Source: Ignavibacteriota bacterium
GTDB lineage: Bacteria > Bacteroidota > Ignavibacteria > UBA10030 > UBA6906
Assembly (NCBI GenBank): GCA_963801355.1
Contig: CAWDEM010000004.1
Location: 448,001-512,000, forward strand
DNA: 64,000 nt
Direction: 5' to 3'
The first letter of the stretch is position 1. The number at the start of each line of letters is the position of its first letter. This document shows, one piece after another, positions 41,265-51,741 of this stretch. The translations under genes and the position numbers were made by a program. Under the pieces are notes generated by a model that was not told the DNA's origin, did no database searches, and was given only the letters and a program-made list of their open reading frames with translations.

Positions 41265-42581
41265 TCACCGTTTGCGATTGCGGGCTACAGTGATGTCCTG
41301 AAGGAGCGCCGATGCTGGCTCATCATTTCGGTCCTGGGGCACCAGCTCCCCGCGGAACGCCTTGGCAAGGATGGACTGGGTGAGTTGGCCTATGTTTCGT
41401 CTGGAGGTCTCAAATCGTTCTTCAATGGTGTCGGCGAGAGAGAACAATGCCTTCACACGGCGGACAATCTCACTCTGCTCGGGAAGGGGAGCGATCCTGA
41501 TTTCCAGCCAACGTAGCTGGGTCGTGTTTATCCGCGGGCGAGTAGCACCGTGAATTTCACTCACCAATCTGGAGTATGATTCTCCGCTAACCAGCTGGTA
41601 CGTAAGGTACAGAGGATCAACAACATCGTTCATCGGGCGCAGGCAGAAACAGTCCGCCTTGGCGATTGCTGGCCCACCGAGCGTGGGGAGAACACACGCT
41701 CGTACTTCTTTGTCAATGAACGAGGCGAATATGATGTCACCTTGTGAAACAGTGTGCTTCCGAAGGGAATCGTACTTCTTGTGTGATATATACGACAACT
41801 TGTCTGCGTAGAACCGCAGGTGGCCGATATTCTCCAAGCGGATTACCCTGACTCCTGAAGACGTATAGTCAGCGGTTTTTAGGTTCGAGCCAAAGGGTCC
41901 GTCGAAGATCCCGCCCTTCGGCAACACACTGTTCAGTGTGACCCACCTCCACCCCTTGGGTAAGCTGCTATCCTCATCAGAGCCGCCTCGCCACGCTTCG
42001 GTGAGCCTTCCCTCGCACGCCGCCTTCAGCACCGCCTGCCTGAACCGCTTGAGAAGCGTGGGGATGCGGTCCAGCCGTTTCTGGCATGCCTCCACATTGT
42101 CCAGGAGCTCCACCAGCTTCGCCACGATGCGGCGCTGCTCGGGAAGAGGCGGAAGGGGAACTTCATGGCCTTCGAAGACTGGTTTGGTGACATGCACCAT
42201 CCCAGTACCGTGAGCTTTGTCGTAGAGCTCCGAGATAGCATGCTGCACTGCATAGTAGAGGAACTCTTTGGTGCACAGGGTGAGGTCAGGCTCCACACGA
42301 AAGATGTGCTGGTTCAGCCAGGCATCCTGTCCCTTCCAGATATACGCCCCGAGGGAGGCTGACCAAGCCACAAGAAGATCTCCATGGCGTACCTTGTAGC
42401 GAGTCTCGTGTCTTTTTGAGGAGAGGTTGTATTCTGCGGTTGAGTTGTTGAGATTCTGAATCCGAATGATCGGCAGGCCCCTTGTCTCCCACTCTGTCGG
42501 CTTGAATGCTCGACCATTCACATACGTACCGAGAGTTCCGAGCGGGGCCAGTTGCCAGCCTTGAGGAAGAGACCCGCTCAT
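41265..42581 (-). CDS. hsdS: Type I R-M specificity subunit
   Basis: LPQGW, PLPPLPEQRRIV, QSILAKAFRGELVPQD. Confidence 0.93.
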   Translation of the reverse strand: MSGSLPQGWQLAPLGTLGTYVNGRAFKPTEWETRGLPIIRIQNLNNSTAEYNLSSKRHETRYKVRHGDLLVAWSASLGAYIWKGQDAWLNQHIFRVEPDLTLCTKEFLYYAVQHAISELYDKAHGTGMVHVTKPVFEGHEVPLPPLPEQRRIVAKLVELLDNVEACQKRLDRIPTLLKRFRQAVLKAACEGRLTEAWRGGSDEDSSLPKGWRWVTLNSVLPKGGIFDGPFGSNLKTADYTSSGVRVIRLENIGHLRFYADKLSYISHKKYDSLRKHTVSQGDIIFASFIDKEVRACVLPTLGGPAIAKADCFCLRPMNDVVDPLYLTYQLVSGESYSRLVSEIHGATRPRINTTQLRWLEIRIAPLPEQSEIVRRVKALFSLADTIEERFETSRRNIGQLTQSILAKAFRGELVPQDRNDEPASALLQDITVARNRKR

Positions 42582-43993
42582 TTGTGCTCCTCTGACTCAG
42601 AATCGAGCAACGATAGGATCTTCCTGAGATCAACAACTACCTCCTCCAGTCCCGAAATCGTCTCGTTGGCCAGCTCCTGCGGCTCAGGCAGATCGTCGCT
42701 GTCCTCTACAGACTCGTCCTTGAGCCAGGTGATGTCCAGCTTATAGCCCCGCTCCTTCACGTCCGTGATGTGGAACTTGCGGAAGCGGCCCTCATTACCC
42801 AGGTCCTTCCGCTTGCTCTGTCCGTTGGGGTCGCTGCCGTAACAGGACTCAAACTCCTTGAAGTGCTCGTGAGTTAGCGGCCTGTCCTTCTTCGTGATGC
42901 CAGGAACGTTTGAGCGTGCATCGAATATCCAGACGTTCTCCGTAGGCAGGCCCTTCTGGAAGAAGACCACGTTGGCCTTCACGCCCTGGCTGTAGGGTGT
43001 AAACGTTCCGCGCGGGAGGCGGAGGACGGTGTGGACGTTGCAGTCCTTCATCAGGATCTCAAAAACCTCTCCCGCCTTGTCCTCAAAAAGCACGTTGTCA
43101 GGAAGCACCATGGCAGCCCTGCCGCCTGGCTTCAGTACGGTCAGGACATGCTGCACGAAGTTGAGCTGTTTGTTGCTCGTCTCAATGGTGAAGTCGTCGC
43201 GGTCAGGTGCCTGGTTGGCACCTTTTGTGCCGAACGGTGGATTCGTCAGGATGGCGTCGTATCGCTCGGCCTTGGCAGGCTCATACAGAGAATCGCCCAG
43301 GTATATGGTCGGCTCAAGGCCATGAAGATAGAGGTTCATCAGGGCGAGACGGCGGGGACGCGGGACAAGGTCTTGGCCGTAGTAAGTCCTGTGCTTAATG
43401 CGCTTGACATCCTTCCTGTCGAAGGCGCCCTTGGTTTCGTGCTTGAGCCAGTCGTAGGCGGTCAACAGGAAGCCTCCAGTGCCGCAGGCAGGGTCACAGA
43501 TACTAAACTCAGGTGCGACCCTGGGATCGGGCTTCATGACCTTCACAATGGACCTTATGAGCGGTCTCGGAGTAAAGTACTGTCCAGCACCTTTCTTGCC
43601 TTCGCTGGCCGCTCTCTCAAGGAGCCCCTCAAACGCAGCTCCTTTCACGTCCACATCCAGCGCAGACCAGTCCTCCTCGTCGATGAGGTTAATGACCTTC
43701 TTCAGGTTCACGGGGTTGCTGAAGCGGCTCTCGGACTGGGCAAAGATGTCGCCCAGGAGCCCTCCAGCCTCACGCAGCTTCCGCAGCGTGTCGGAGTAGT
43801 GGTCCGTGAGCGCGGTACCTGAGTGTTTCTTCAGGGCACCCCAGTCGTACCCCTTCGGTACAAGGGCACCCTTCTCGTGCGCCATTTTCAGGAACAGCAG
43901 GTACGTCAGCTGCTCGATGTAGTCGCCGTAGTCGATGCCATCGTGGCGCAGCGTGTGACAGAAACCCCAGAGTTTGTTGACGATGTCGGACAT
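42578..43993 (-). CDS. hsdM: Type I R-M methyltransferase
   Basis: GAGQYFTPR, DPACGTGGFL, TNPPFG. Confidence 0.95.
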   Translation of the reverse strand: MSDIVNKLWGFCHTLRHDGIDYGDYIEQLTYLLFLKMAHEKGALVPKGYDWGALKKHSGTALTDHYSDTLRKLREAGGLLGDIFAQSESRFSNPVNLKKVINLIDEEDWSALDVDVKGAAFEGLLERAASEGKKGAGQYFTPRPLIRSIVKVMKPDPRVAPEFSICDPACGTGGFLLTAYDWLKHETKGAFDRKDVKRIKHRTYYGQDLVPRPRRLALMNLYLHGLEPTIYLGDSLYEPAKAERYDAILTNPPFGTKGANQAPDRDDFTIETSNKQLNFVQHVLTVLKPGGRAAMVLPDNVLFEDKAGEVFEILMKDCNVHTVLRLPRGTFTPYSQGVKANVVFFQKGLPTENVWIFDARSNVPGITKKDRPLTHEHFKEFESCYGSDPNGQSKRKDLGNEGRFRKFHITDVKERGYKLDITWLKDESVEDSDDLPEPQELANETISGLEEVVVDLRKILSLLDSESEEHK

Positions 43994-44065
43994 GGACAGG
44001 CTCAAGATCGTGAAGGTAGACATGAATAAGTGGACGTATTCTTCAACATGCAAAGTATCTCTTGT

Positions 44066-44587
44066 CTACCTCATTGCTGCGCCGAACTCCCTCTCTGGAA
44101 CAGTCGGAGGCCTTCGAGGCGTATGGATTATCGTAGGTACAACCATGTCTCGTAGCAAGGCGGTGTTCACAATGTTCACTAGATCAGGGTTCTTCTCCAG
44201 TGCAGCGCCGATCAGGAGAATCTCCAACAGCGCGGCGGATCGGTGACCATTCGCACTCGGTTTGACGAGTCTCCTTTGGGGAGTTCTGCACGCCAGGAGG
44301 TAGAGAGTTGGTGTCCCCTTTCGGAGGGCAATGGCTTGATTGTAGGCGAGAATCTTGTGGGGTCTGAAACACTCTGCCTTGAACGACTGCATCTCCGCTA
44401 GGCCCACGTACCACGGCCGTTGACCTTTTCCTGCCCGAACGCAATACACGTAGCACCCACACCCATCAGGCAAAGACGCTTCATCGTTTTCAACCTGGCG
44501 CCAGAACTCCCTCTTGGCATGTCTACGTACATCCACCGATCCTCGATGTCTAGACAAATCGAACGGTCCATGAACCGAGAAGTTCAT
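44066..44587 (-). CDS. GIY-YIG-like nuclease
   Basis: GCYVY...WYVGLA...LE.LLI...LVN. Confidence 0.55.
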   Translation of the reverse strand: MNFSVHGPFDLSRHRGSVDVRRHAKREFWRQVENDEASLPDGCGCYVYCVRAGKGQRPWYVGLAEMQSFKAECFRPHKILAYNQAIALRKGTPTLYLLACRTPQRRLVKPSANGHRSAALLEILLIGAALEKNPDLVNIVNTALLRDMVVPTIIHTPRRPPTVPEREFGAAMR

Positions 44588-44823
44588 TGCAGCCCCATTT
44601 GATGTATATGAGAACATATCGTTGTATTTGTTGTTCTTCATATTCGACATTAGAACGTGGAAGCTACTATCATGCACCCTTGCGCAAATGCGCGTGACCA
44701 GTGTGGACGAGACCTCTCCAAAGGAACTGAAGCTCTAGTCCTCTCACAGGTCAAAGTGCGTGGTGACTACACCAGCCGCATATTTCAAACGCGGGGGTAT
44801 GCGGCGGGGAAATAGTGCATGGC

Positions 44824-45714
44824 TCATAACTCGACGATCTTGAAACACAACCTGAAATCGCTCCAGTTGAAAACGGTCGTTTGGGCGGACTGCAGAGCTT
44901 CGGCCGTGAATGAAGTCAGGGTCCCTATCGAGTCCTTTTTATAGTAGATTGCTCTGCTCCGAATGAAGTTGGAAATCAGTGCCGAGCATAAAATCGTCAT
45001 GCGGACGTCACGGTCAGTGTCTAGAGGCTTGGTTCGCAATGTTATCGTACCGTCCTTCTCCTCCTTGAGATACGTTACTGACTCAGATAGGTCGCGGGTT
45101 ATCACAGGCTTCTTCAATGTCTGATCTATTATGTCGAAGCGTTGCGACATCGTTATGAGTCTCAGAGCGTGTTTGAACGCGTTGTACTCTTCTCGATCGC
45201 TAAAATCTTTCGCCATTGCTTCCAACATCCCGCGAATTGGTTCGAGACTTGTTACAATCTGCTCTTCCCTGGATTTGTCTGCTATGCCAAAAAAGAAAAG
45301 GTATCGAACGAAGGGAACGGTAATATCCTTGCCAGCAACCACTTCGCGGTCAAGGAAGCTGGTGTCGCCACCTGCTATCTTCTTGATGATGTCGTAGTTT
45401 GCCCTGCCATTTGAAGTTGACAAAAAGTACCAGACATTTTCATTATCAATGATCCCATTGCGCGGTTCAAGACTGAAAATCAGTTCAAACAAGGTTTCTA
45501 CGGCTTGATAGTATGTCGCCCTAATCTCAACTCGCAGACTCTTGATGTAATCGTCGATGTCAACATCGTCAATCCCGTTCAGGATGACGCTTTGGAGTTC
45601 GGGAAGATTCTCGATCAAGTTGTGCAAGGTCATCTGCTTGTATAGAAAATGATCCACTAAATAGGCGTCAAAGAATCCTCGGGCGAAAGGGATTTTGAAA
45701 GGTAGTCTATGCAT
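44824..45714 (-). CDS. Hypothetical helical protein, possible HEPN variant
   Basis: EYNAFKHAL motif; lower GC than flanks. Confidence 0.45.
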   Translation of the reverse strand: MHRLPFKIPFARGFFDAYLVDHFLYKQMTLHNLIENLPELQSVILNGIDDVDIDDYIKSLRVEIRATYYQAVETLFELIFSLEPRNGIIDNENVWYFLSTSNGRANYDIIKKIAGGDTSFLDREVVAGKDITVPFVRYLFFFGIADKSREEQIVTSLEPIRGMLEAMAKDFSDREEYNAFKHALRLITMSQRFDIIDQTLKKPVITRDLSESVTYLKEEKDGTITLRTKPLDTDRDVRMTILCSALISNFIRSRAIYYKKDSIGTLTSFTAEALQSAQTTVFNWSDFRLCFKIVEL

Positions 45715-45766
45715 TGTGCTATGTTGGCAGATCGATGAATGTTCGAGTCGTGCACAGCGACACGTG

Positions 45767-46726
45767 CTATGTCCCTTTGGTAACCTTGAGCTGTCGGTAG
45801 TCGCCGATGACCCCAAGCATGTCTTTCATGGCGACAAAGTATCTTCCCAGTATGGTGTCCCAGGCCGTGGCATAGTCATCCACAGGGTATCGCAATCTGA
45901 AGAAATCGTAAGCTTGGAGGACCTTGTCGGCGTTGTCGCCGTGCGCGGGAAAGCTCTGACGAAGATCGTTCAGGCGTTTGAAGACAATGGTGATCGCTTT
46001 CGCCCGTTCGGCATTTGAGAAATCGGATAGTACTTCTTCGAGCAGAACCATAGGGGCGATCAGATTTGGCTCTGCAAGTTTGTGTTTTGCTGCAATCGCC
46101 TTGGCTCGATCTTCCGAGAACCAACGAAGGAGAGCAGGTTTGTTGATAGCTATCACGAGACCTGCCAGAGACTGTATTCTGTTGGTATACTGCTCAGTCG
46201 ATTGGGCCTCCTTATACATGTCGATCAACGCACGTTCTTGAGGAAGTTCCAGGAGTCGTTCACCGAGAAGGTTTTCGGTTAGTGTATTGATATTGTCGCG
46301 GATCGTCGAAATGTCATCAGATAGCGGAGTTATTTGCATTGGATTGGCCTCCTGCGCGGTCCTCTGATCGGGTTCGAGAATGGGAATCAGCGTTCCAGGG
46401 GCGAACAGCGAAAATGCTGGAGGGCTGGTTGGCGCAGAGAACGTGGTTAGGCTAAGTGGGCTAAACGGTTCTGCATCGCCTTGGCCGAGTCTGTGTGCGA
46501 CGGCCGTTGCGGCCACGCTTGCTGTTGCTGAGGCGAGTCGGGAGTCTGGAATACCCCAAACGGCTTGAAGTGTGCCAGATATTGTTACATCAAAATGATT
46601 CTCTGTCGTCGGTACGAACTCCCCCCCCCTCATCTCCCCGACTTCAACGTTGAGCCTGAATGCGTGTGCGTCGTAGCCTGGCTGTGTTATGTCGGTCAGA
46701 CTGCCTATGCGTATGAATTTCGTCAT
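45767..46726 (-). CDS. Hypothetical protein with possible C-terminal HEPN domain
   Basis: LNDLRQSFPAHG (R-x5-H) in a helical C-terminus. Confidence 0.5.
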   Translation of the reverse strand: MTKFIRIGSLTDITQPGYDAHAFRLNVEVGEMRGGEFVPTTENHFDVTISGTLQAVWGIPDSRLASATASVAATAVAHRLGQGDAEPFSPLSLTTFSAPTSPPAFSLFAPGTLIPILEPDQRTAQEANPMQITPLSDDISTIRDNINTLTENLLGERLLELPQERALIDMYKEAQSTEQYTNRIQSLAGLVIAINKPALLRWFSEDRAKAIAAKHKLAEPNLIAPMVLLEEVLSDFSNAERAKAITIVFKRLNDLRQSFPAHGDNADKVLQAYDFFRLRYPVDDYATAWDTILGRYFVAMKDMLGVIGDYRQLKVTKGT

Positions 46727-46784
46727 GAGTTTGTCCTTCTCGTCTTTGGTCCTGCAACTCATAGGTGTGCAGCCTCGACATCGG

Positions 46785-49463
46785 TCAAGCCGCCATCGCA
46801 TAGTTGATTTCTTCTATCAGCTTTGGCAGTTCGTTGCCGAACACTCGTTCAGCCGTTTTCCTCCCGCCGCGGTCGGTGAAGACTGGTTGTGCCTCCAGGT
46901 CATCTACATCAAACGTCAGGTTCCTGGTTAGATGCTCTTTGATATAACCGAGCCAGCGGTCTTGCTCTGCCGTGAAGGTCTTCCCCGCAATCACCTTCGT
47001 CATTGCCCGTCCAACCCGTTCCTCGGCCGTCAGGACGGGTTCCTGCTCCTTTGCTGCGTGCTTCACCATGGAGATGATGTCAGCCAGGGCCTTGTTGTAG
47101 ACGAGCCTATGAGCTTGCTGGAGTTGCTTCTCGGGGAACTTCGCCTTCTGGAGCTTGATGCGGAGGTCGTTGAGGACGTCCGTGCGCCACTGCTTGGGCC
47201 GCTTTAGCAGGACGTTGATGGCCTCTATGTGCTCGGGGTTTTCCTTGACGAACCGCGCGAATGACTCCAGGTAGTCCTCTGGCTTCTGGCCCATGACGAG
47301 CTTCTCGGAGGAAACCTCGTCCACCTGCTCAGGAGCCACAAGGAAGCTGCGCCTCGCCCGCTGGTAGTCCACCAGCAGATCCTGGAAATCCTTGTCGCGC
47401 AGGATTTTCACGGTGTCAGCAAAATCCTTCTTCAGATGCTGTGGCAGTCCCCCAGCGAACCTGCCCATGTCGCCATCGGGAATGTACGCGGCGAAATCTT
47501 GCCGCGCCTCCGCGCTCATGTCACGGTCAATGCGCCTGAGCCGTTTGACCAGAACCTTGGTGTAGTATTCCCTGTCCACGTTCTGGTAGATGTTCTCAAT
47601 GACCAGGGCGATCGACAGGGGCTCAGCTTGAGCAAGCTCAACGGGGAAGTCGGTGGTGCCCTTGAAGTAGTCGATCAGCGTACCGTCGAAGCAGTCGAAG
47701 ATGGTGAAGGCCTCCTTGCCTATGTCTGTGCAGAGCCGCGTGCCACGGCCAAGCATCTGCACCCACAGGATGCGAGACTTCACTGGGCGCATGAACACGA
47801 TGAACTCCAGGCTGGGGATATCGACTCCTGTGCTCAACATGTCCACGGTGACCACTACCTTTGGCTCAGGCCTGTTGCGAAACTCCCGTATGCGCTGGAG
47901 TGGGCGGTCAACGCTGGGGCTCCCCGTGATCTTCTGTACGAACGCGTCCCTCTGCCCGAACTCCTCGCGGCAGATAGCGACGATCTGGTCAGCATGAGAG
48001 GTGTGGGCAAGGTCATTCACCGCAAAGATGAGCGTCTTTGGGAACCTGCCGTTGCGCTCTTGGTGTTCGCGGGCATACTTGGCGACTTCCTTGATGACCT
48101 TCCTGTTTGTGTCAGGAACGGTGATGCGGCGCTCTATGTCCTCGGCAGCATACTGCCTCTCGTCCTCAAGCTGGTCAAAGAGTTTCTCGCCCGTGTCCGT
48201 GTTGACCAGCGTAACGTGTTCGCCTTCCTTCAGGAACGCCCCTTGCATCAGTACACCTGACTTGATCTTGACGGCGTCGTAGTCCACCAGATAGCCATCC
48301 TGTATGGCTTGCTCTGTGGTGTAGCGGTACACAACCTCCCTGAAGAGCGACAACGAGTGGGCAGCGGGGGTCGCCGTGAGCCCCACTTTGACGGCGTCGA
48401 AGTAGTCCATCACCTGACGCCAGATGGCCGTCTCGCTGGATGTGTAGCCACGGTGGCACTCATCGGCGATGATCAGGTCGAAGGCGTGGTTGGGGATGTC
48501 GAGCTTGGTGGTGTCTTCCTCATAGTCGGGGTCGCTGGCGTCCTGCTTGAACGCATTCTCCCACCCGAACAGGTTTATGGTCATCCGCTGTATCGTGGAG
48601 ACGTACACGAACGTGTGGTTGGGCTGAGGGTCGGTCAGGTATTTGTTGGGCAGGACCTTGGGGTCAAACACTTCGTCCTCGTCCAAGTCACCCTTGTAGA
48701 AGCGCTGGCTGTAGACCTCGTACTCCTTGTCGAACTTGCTGCCGCGTGGCGTGTTGAATGACGCGAACTCACGGACGGCCTGTGCTGCCAGCGCCCTACG
48801 GTCCACGAGGAAGAGCACACGGCGAAAGAGCTTCATCTCAAGGAGGCGGTAGATCTGGGCGACCGTGAGGTAGGTCTTGCCTGTGCCTGTGGCCATTGCG
48901 ACAAGCATGTGACGCTTGCCATCGCAGATGGCCCTCTCGATGGCCCTGACGGCTTTCTCTTGGTAGGGGCGCATGTATGGGAAGGGCGGAGGCTCATTCA
49001 CCTTATCGGTGAACTGGTGGAGCCCAGCAGCGAAGAACTCATCGAGGGCGGAGGGCGTGTGGAAGTTGGAAATCTCCCTGGATCTGCTGTTCTCAGGACG
49101 CACATCCACGAAGTACATCACCTCGCCGTTCGTCGCGTACAGGAAAGGCACGCGATAGCCGCTCCAGTTCCCTGCTGCACCGTCCCTGACGCCCCTGGAA
49201 TAGCGTTTGGCCTGCTCCAGGACGTTCTGAGGGCCTACGGCTACTTTCTTCGCTTCGATGATGCCCAGGAGCTGTCCTTGAACGAACAGGGCATAATCAG
49301 CGGGGCCATTGTCGGTGGGATACTCCTCCACAGCATGATGGCTGAGTGACGATCTCTTGAGTCCTGGGTGGTGGCGCACAATTACCCACGGCTGCGGGAG
49401 GGAAGTCAACCTGGTGTTGATCCGCTCCCTACGAGTTTTCCACTCTGGCTCTGATAACGTCAA
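46785..49463 (-). CDS. hsdR: Type I restriction enzyme R subunit
   Basis: ADY..IEAK, ATGTGKT, DECHRG, LTATP, QMLGRGTR. Confidence 0.95.
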   Translation of the reverse strand: MTLSEPEWKTRRERINTRLTSLPQPWVIVRHHPGLKRSSLSHHAVEEYPTDNGPADYALFVQGQLLGIIEAKKVAVGPQNVLEQAKRYSRGVRDGAAGNWSGYRVPFLYATNGEVMYFVDVRPENSRSREISNFHTPSALDEFFAAGLHQFTDKVNEPPPFPYMRPYQEKAVRAIERAICDGKRHMLVAMATGTGKTYLTVAQIYRLLEMKLFRRVLFLVDRRALAAQAVREFASFNTPRGSKFDKEYEVYSQRFYKGDLDEDEVFDPKVLPNKYLTDPQPNHTFVYVSTIQRMTINLFGWENAFKQDASDPDYEEDTTKLDIPNHAFDLIIADECHRGYTSSETAIWRQVMDYFDAVKVGLTATPAAHSLSLFREVVYRYTTEQAIQDGYLVDYDAVKIKSGVLMQGAFLKEGEHVTLVNTDTGEKLFDQLEDERQYAAEDIERRITVPDTNRKVIKEVAKYAREHQERNGRFPKTLIFAVNDLAHTSHADQIVAICREEFGQRDAFVQKITGSPSVDRPLQRIREFRNRPEPKVVVTVDMLSTGVDIPSLEFIVFMRPVKSRILWVQMLGRGTRLCTDIGKEAFTIFDCFDGTLIDYFKGTTDFPVELAQAEPLSIALVIENIYQNVDREYYTKVLVKRLRRIDRDMSAEARQDFAAYIPDGDMGRFAGGLPQHLKKDFADTVKILRDKDFQDLLVDYQRARRSFLVAPEQVDEVSSEKLVMGQKPEDYLESFARFVKENPEHIEAINVLLKRPKQWRTDVLNDLRIKLQKAKFPEKQLQQAHRLVYNKALADIISMVKHAAKEQEPVLTAEERVGRAMTKVIAGKTFTAEQDRWLGYIKEHLTRNLTFDVDDLEAQPVFTDRGGRKTAERVFGNELPKLIEEINYAMAA

Positions 49464-49706
49464 TGTCAGATCCCGTTGCTACGGCGTGCAGTAGCAGAGG
49501 CCGCAGGGTATGGAAGAAAGTGCGTTCAGAGGTCGTGCTTCGAGTAAGTGGTTGTTGCAGACCACGAGTGTGGCCAACTGACTCGTGAATGTCTCCTTGC
49601 TCGTTGAGCAAACCGCGGCCCTAATACGTATGCGGCCTGTCCAGTTCTTCTCTCTCTCAGGTGTTCAAACGTCGTCATTCGTTGGGCGATGTTGCTGAAG
49701 AAAAAG

Positions 49707-50387
49707 TTACCTACTAAGATCCTCAGCTTCTGCTTGCTCTGTGTGATATAGCTTGAGCTCGGTATTGAGAATAGACTCAGCAACATGATAGCTGCTGGGG
49801 ATTGGAAGGCTCGACCCAATGCCATTCACGTGAAAGAGGGGGAACCAGCCATCCCCTCCTTCGGCAAAACTCCGAACAATGAGATAGCCGCGATTGTCGA
49901 TCTCCCGTCGGAAATGCAAGACCAATGCGACATATGGAGTAGCCCATTGGGGTTTCATCTGGAACAGAGATACAGAATGCCATTTTTCAAGCAAGACGCG
50001 TGCAGAGTCTCCTCTGGAAATGCAGTCCCGTTCAAATATTGGGTGATTGAACATGCTTCGAAGACGCGGCGACGATGTCGAGTCAAAGAAATAGAGCGCA
50101 AGCTCGATTCGTACCGCTTTGAGGTTTGTGACTCCTTCATTCTTCACCCACAGAGTATCATTTCGAAGAACCAGTTCTACACCTGGATCTACCGAGGCTG
50201 CAAGTTGATCGCGGGCAATGGAGATCCAAGACCAGTTGACCCACAACAGCACCACGGTGGCGAGGCCCATTATTACAGATGCTATTGAGTAGACACGAGT
50301 CCACTTGACCAAACCAAGTTGGTGCTTCTCTTCATTCTGCATCTGCTTGAGAACCCGCAAATTCCGACTGTTCATGTGAGTCTCCAT
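49707..50387 (-). CDS. Single-pass membrane hypothetical protein
   Basis: N-terminal TM segment followed by a beta-rich domain. Confidence 0.55.
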   Translation of the reverse strand: METHMNSRNLRVLKQMQNEEKHQLGLVKWTRVYSIASVIMGLATVVLLWVNWSWISIARDQLAASVDPGVELVLRNDTLWVKNEGVTNLKAVRIELALYFFDSTSSPRLRSMFNHPIFERDCISRGDSARVLLEKWHSVSLFQMKPQWATPYVALVLHFRREIDNRGYLIVRSFAEGGDGWFPLFHVNGIGSSLPIPSSYHVAESILNTELKLYHTEQAEAEDLSR

Positions 50388-50486
50388 GGTGGCAGACGGT
50401 CGAAGTCACCTTTCGCTGGGAACTATCTGCCTGAAACGGTGTCAGCTACGACTCGAAAAGAGGTTGACTGTTTCACCATCCAGCTC

Positions 50487-51416
50487 CTATTTCAAGAAGC
50501 GATTGTCGTTGTGCCATTGAAGATTCTGCGCAGAAGGCACAGGTATCCCAACTCTCGGGTCGCGCACGCGTGAGCCATGGAGTGCATAGTAGTCATGACC
50601 GTTCTCATACTCCTCGCGGATGCGCTTGCTGACCTCCACATGACGATCGGGTGTCACAGTGAGGTAGCCACGATCAAAGAGCGTGTGGAGGTCGCTGCGG
50701 AGCAGAAGTCCGTTGTCAAGCTGATGGAGACCGCCCTCGGCGTATGGACGTACGTGAGCTGTTTCAAGGACGGGGAGGACCCGTTCACCGCAGATTGCAC
50801 ACCTGCGTTCATAGGCGTCAGTAACAACAATTCGAAACGCGCCCTGACCCAGTCTCGGCTGTATGATCGTCGGAGGGCCGTAGCGTGCGGCGGGCTCGGC
50901 AACCAGCGAGGGGTCCAGAGGGTTCCAGTGAGACAACTGCAGCTGCCGTATCACCGCAGTGTACATTGAAAGGCCTGGTTCCTGAGTGACGTCATATCGA
51001 CGCCCCTGCTGAGTAGGTGCTTTCCAGTCGGCTGGGGTTGATACCCAATACTGTTCCTCAAGAAAGAAGGGCTGGACAAGGACAATACAGCCGATGGTGT
51101 AGTCCTCGTGAGGCAACGCTGGCTGCCTGCGATACTTCTCGATGCGCCTCCGCATCTCCTGAAGCGATGTAGCGCCATTGCCGATGCCAAATGAGCTCCA
51201 AGCCAGACTGACAGGGAGAAGCGAAGAATGTGCAAAGATGCCGCCACCGATGATGACGTTCTTACGGTGGGGCTTGAACAGGAATAGCTCGCCCTCTGTG
51301 ATGGCCTTGAACTGACGGGTGCCCCCAGGCTGCCAGAAGTTCACCTCTTCAATCCCTGGCTGAGCGGCCAGGAGGTCAAACCAGTCGGAGTCTGTTATTC
51401 CGACAAATGCGTTCAT
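50487..51416 (-). CDS. HNH restriction endonuclease (COG3440-like; possibly modification-dependent)
   Basis: R.GQGAFR..V..AY..RCAICG...AHVRP...NGLLLRSDLH.LFD; N-terminal VNFWQP...GELFLFK. Confidence 0.85.
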   Translation of the reverse strand: MNAFVGITDSDWFDLLAAQPGIEEVNFWQPGGTRQFKAITEGELFLFKPHRKNVIIGGGIFAHSSLLPVSLAWSSFGIGNGATSLQEMRRRIEKYRRQPALPHEDYTIGCIVLVQPFFLEEQYWVSTPADWKAPTQQGRRYDVTQEPGLSMYTAVIRQLQLSHWNPLDPSLVAEPAARYGPPTIIQPRLGQGAFRIVVTDAYERRCAICGERVLPVLETAHVRPYAEGGLHQLDNGLLLRSDLHTLFDRGYLTVTPDRHVEVSKRIREEYENGHDYYALHGSRVRDPRVGIPVPSAQNLQWHNDNRFLK

Positions 51417-51741
51417 GGACCGTCTCGCAAGCTACATGGGCTCTCTCTTGCATTGCTGAGCTCATGTGAAGCTGAGTGGGGCACAGAACGGATCTGCCTG
51501 GGCTTCATTGAAGCATGGTCGAGAGGCGTTTTCCCCCAGCACTCTGGACAATGTACCCCGTCTCAACGACTTATGCAAGAACGTGGAGGTACACACAGCG
51601 GTTGTGTCTGCGATGCCCGTCGGATCTTCTGACTGTCCCACCTGCGACTGTCGTCATATTGACTATGTCGAAGTGGTGCACTACATTCACTTCGAATGAA
51701 TACGTTCTCGGGGTGGGGACGTGTTGGAGAAACGTGCTGAA

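Noticed and set aside
44755-44823. Additional attC-like site between the inserted R-M genes (GCCGCATA...TATGCGGCTGGTG)
   Set aside because: A hairpin is present, but there are no RYYYAAC/GTTRRRY boxes; too degenerate to call.
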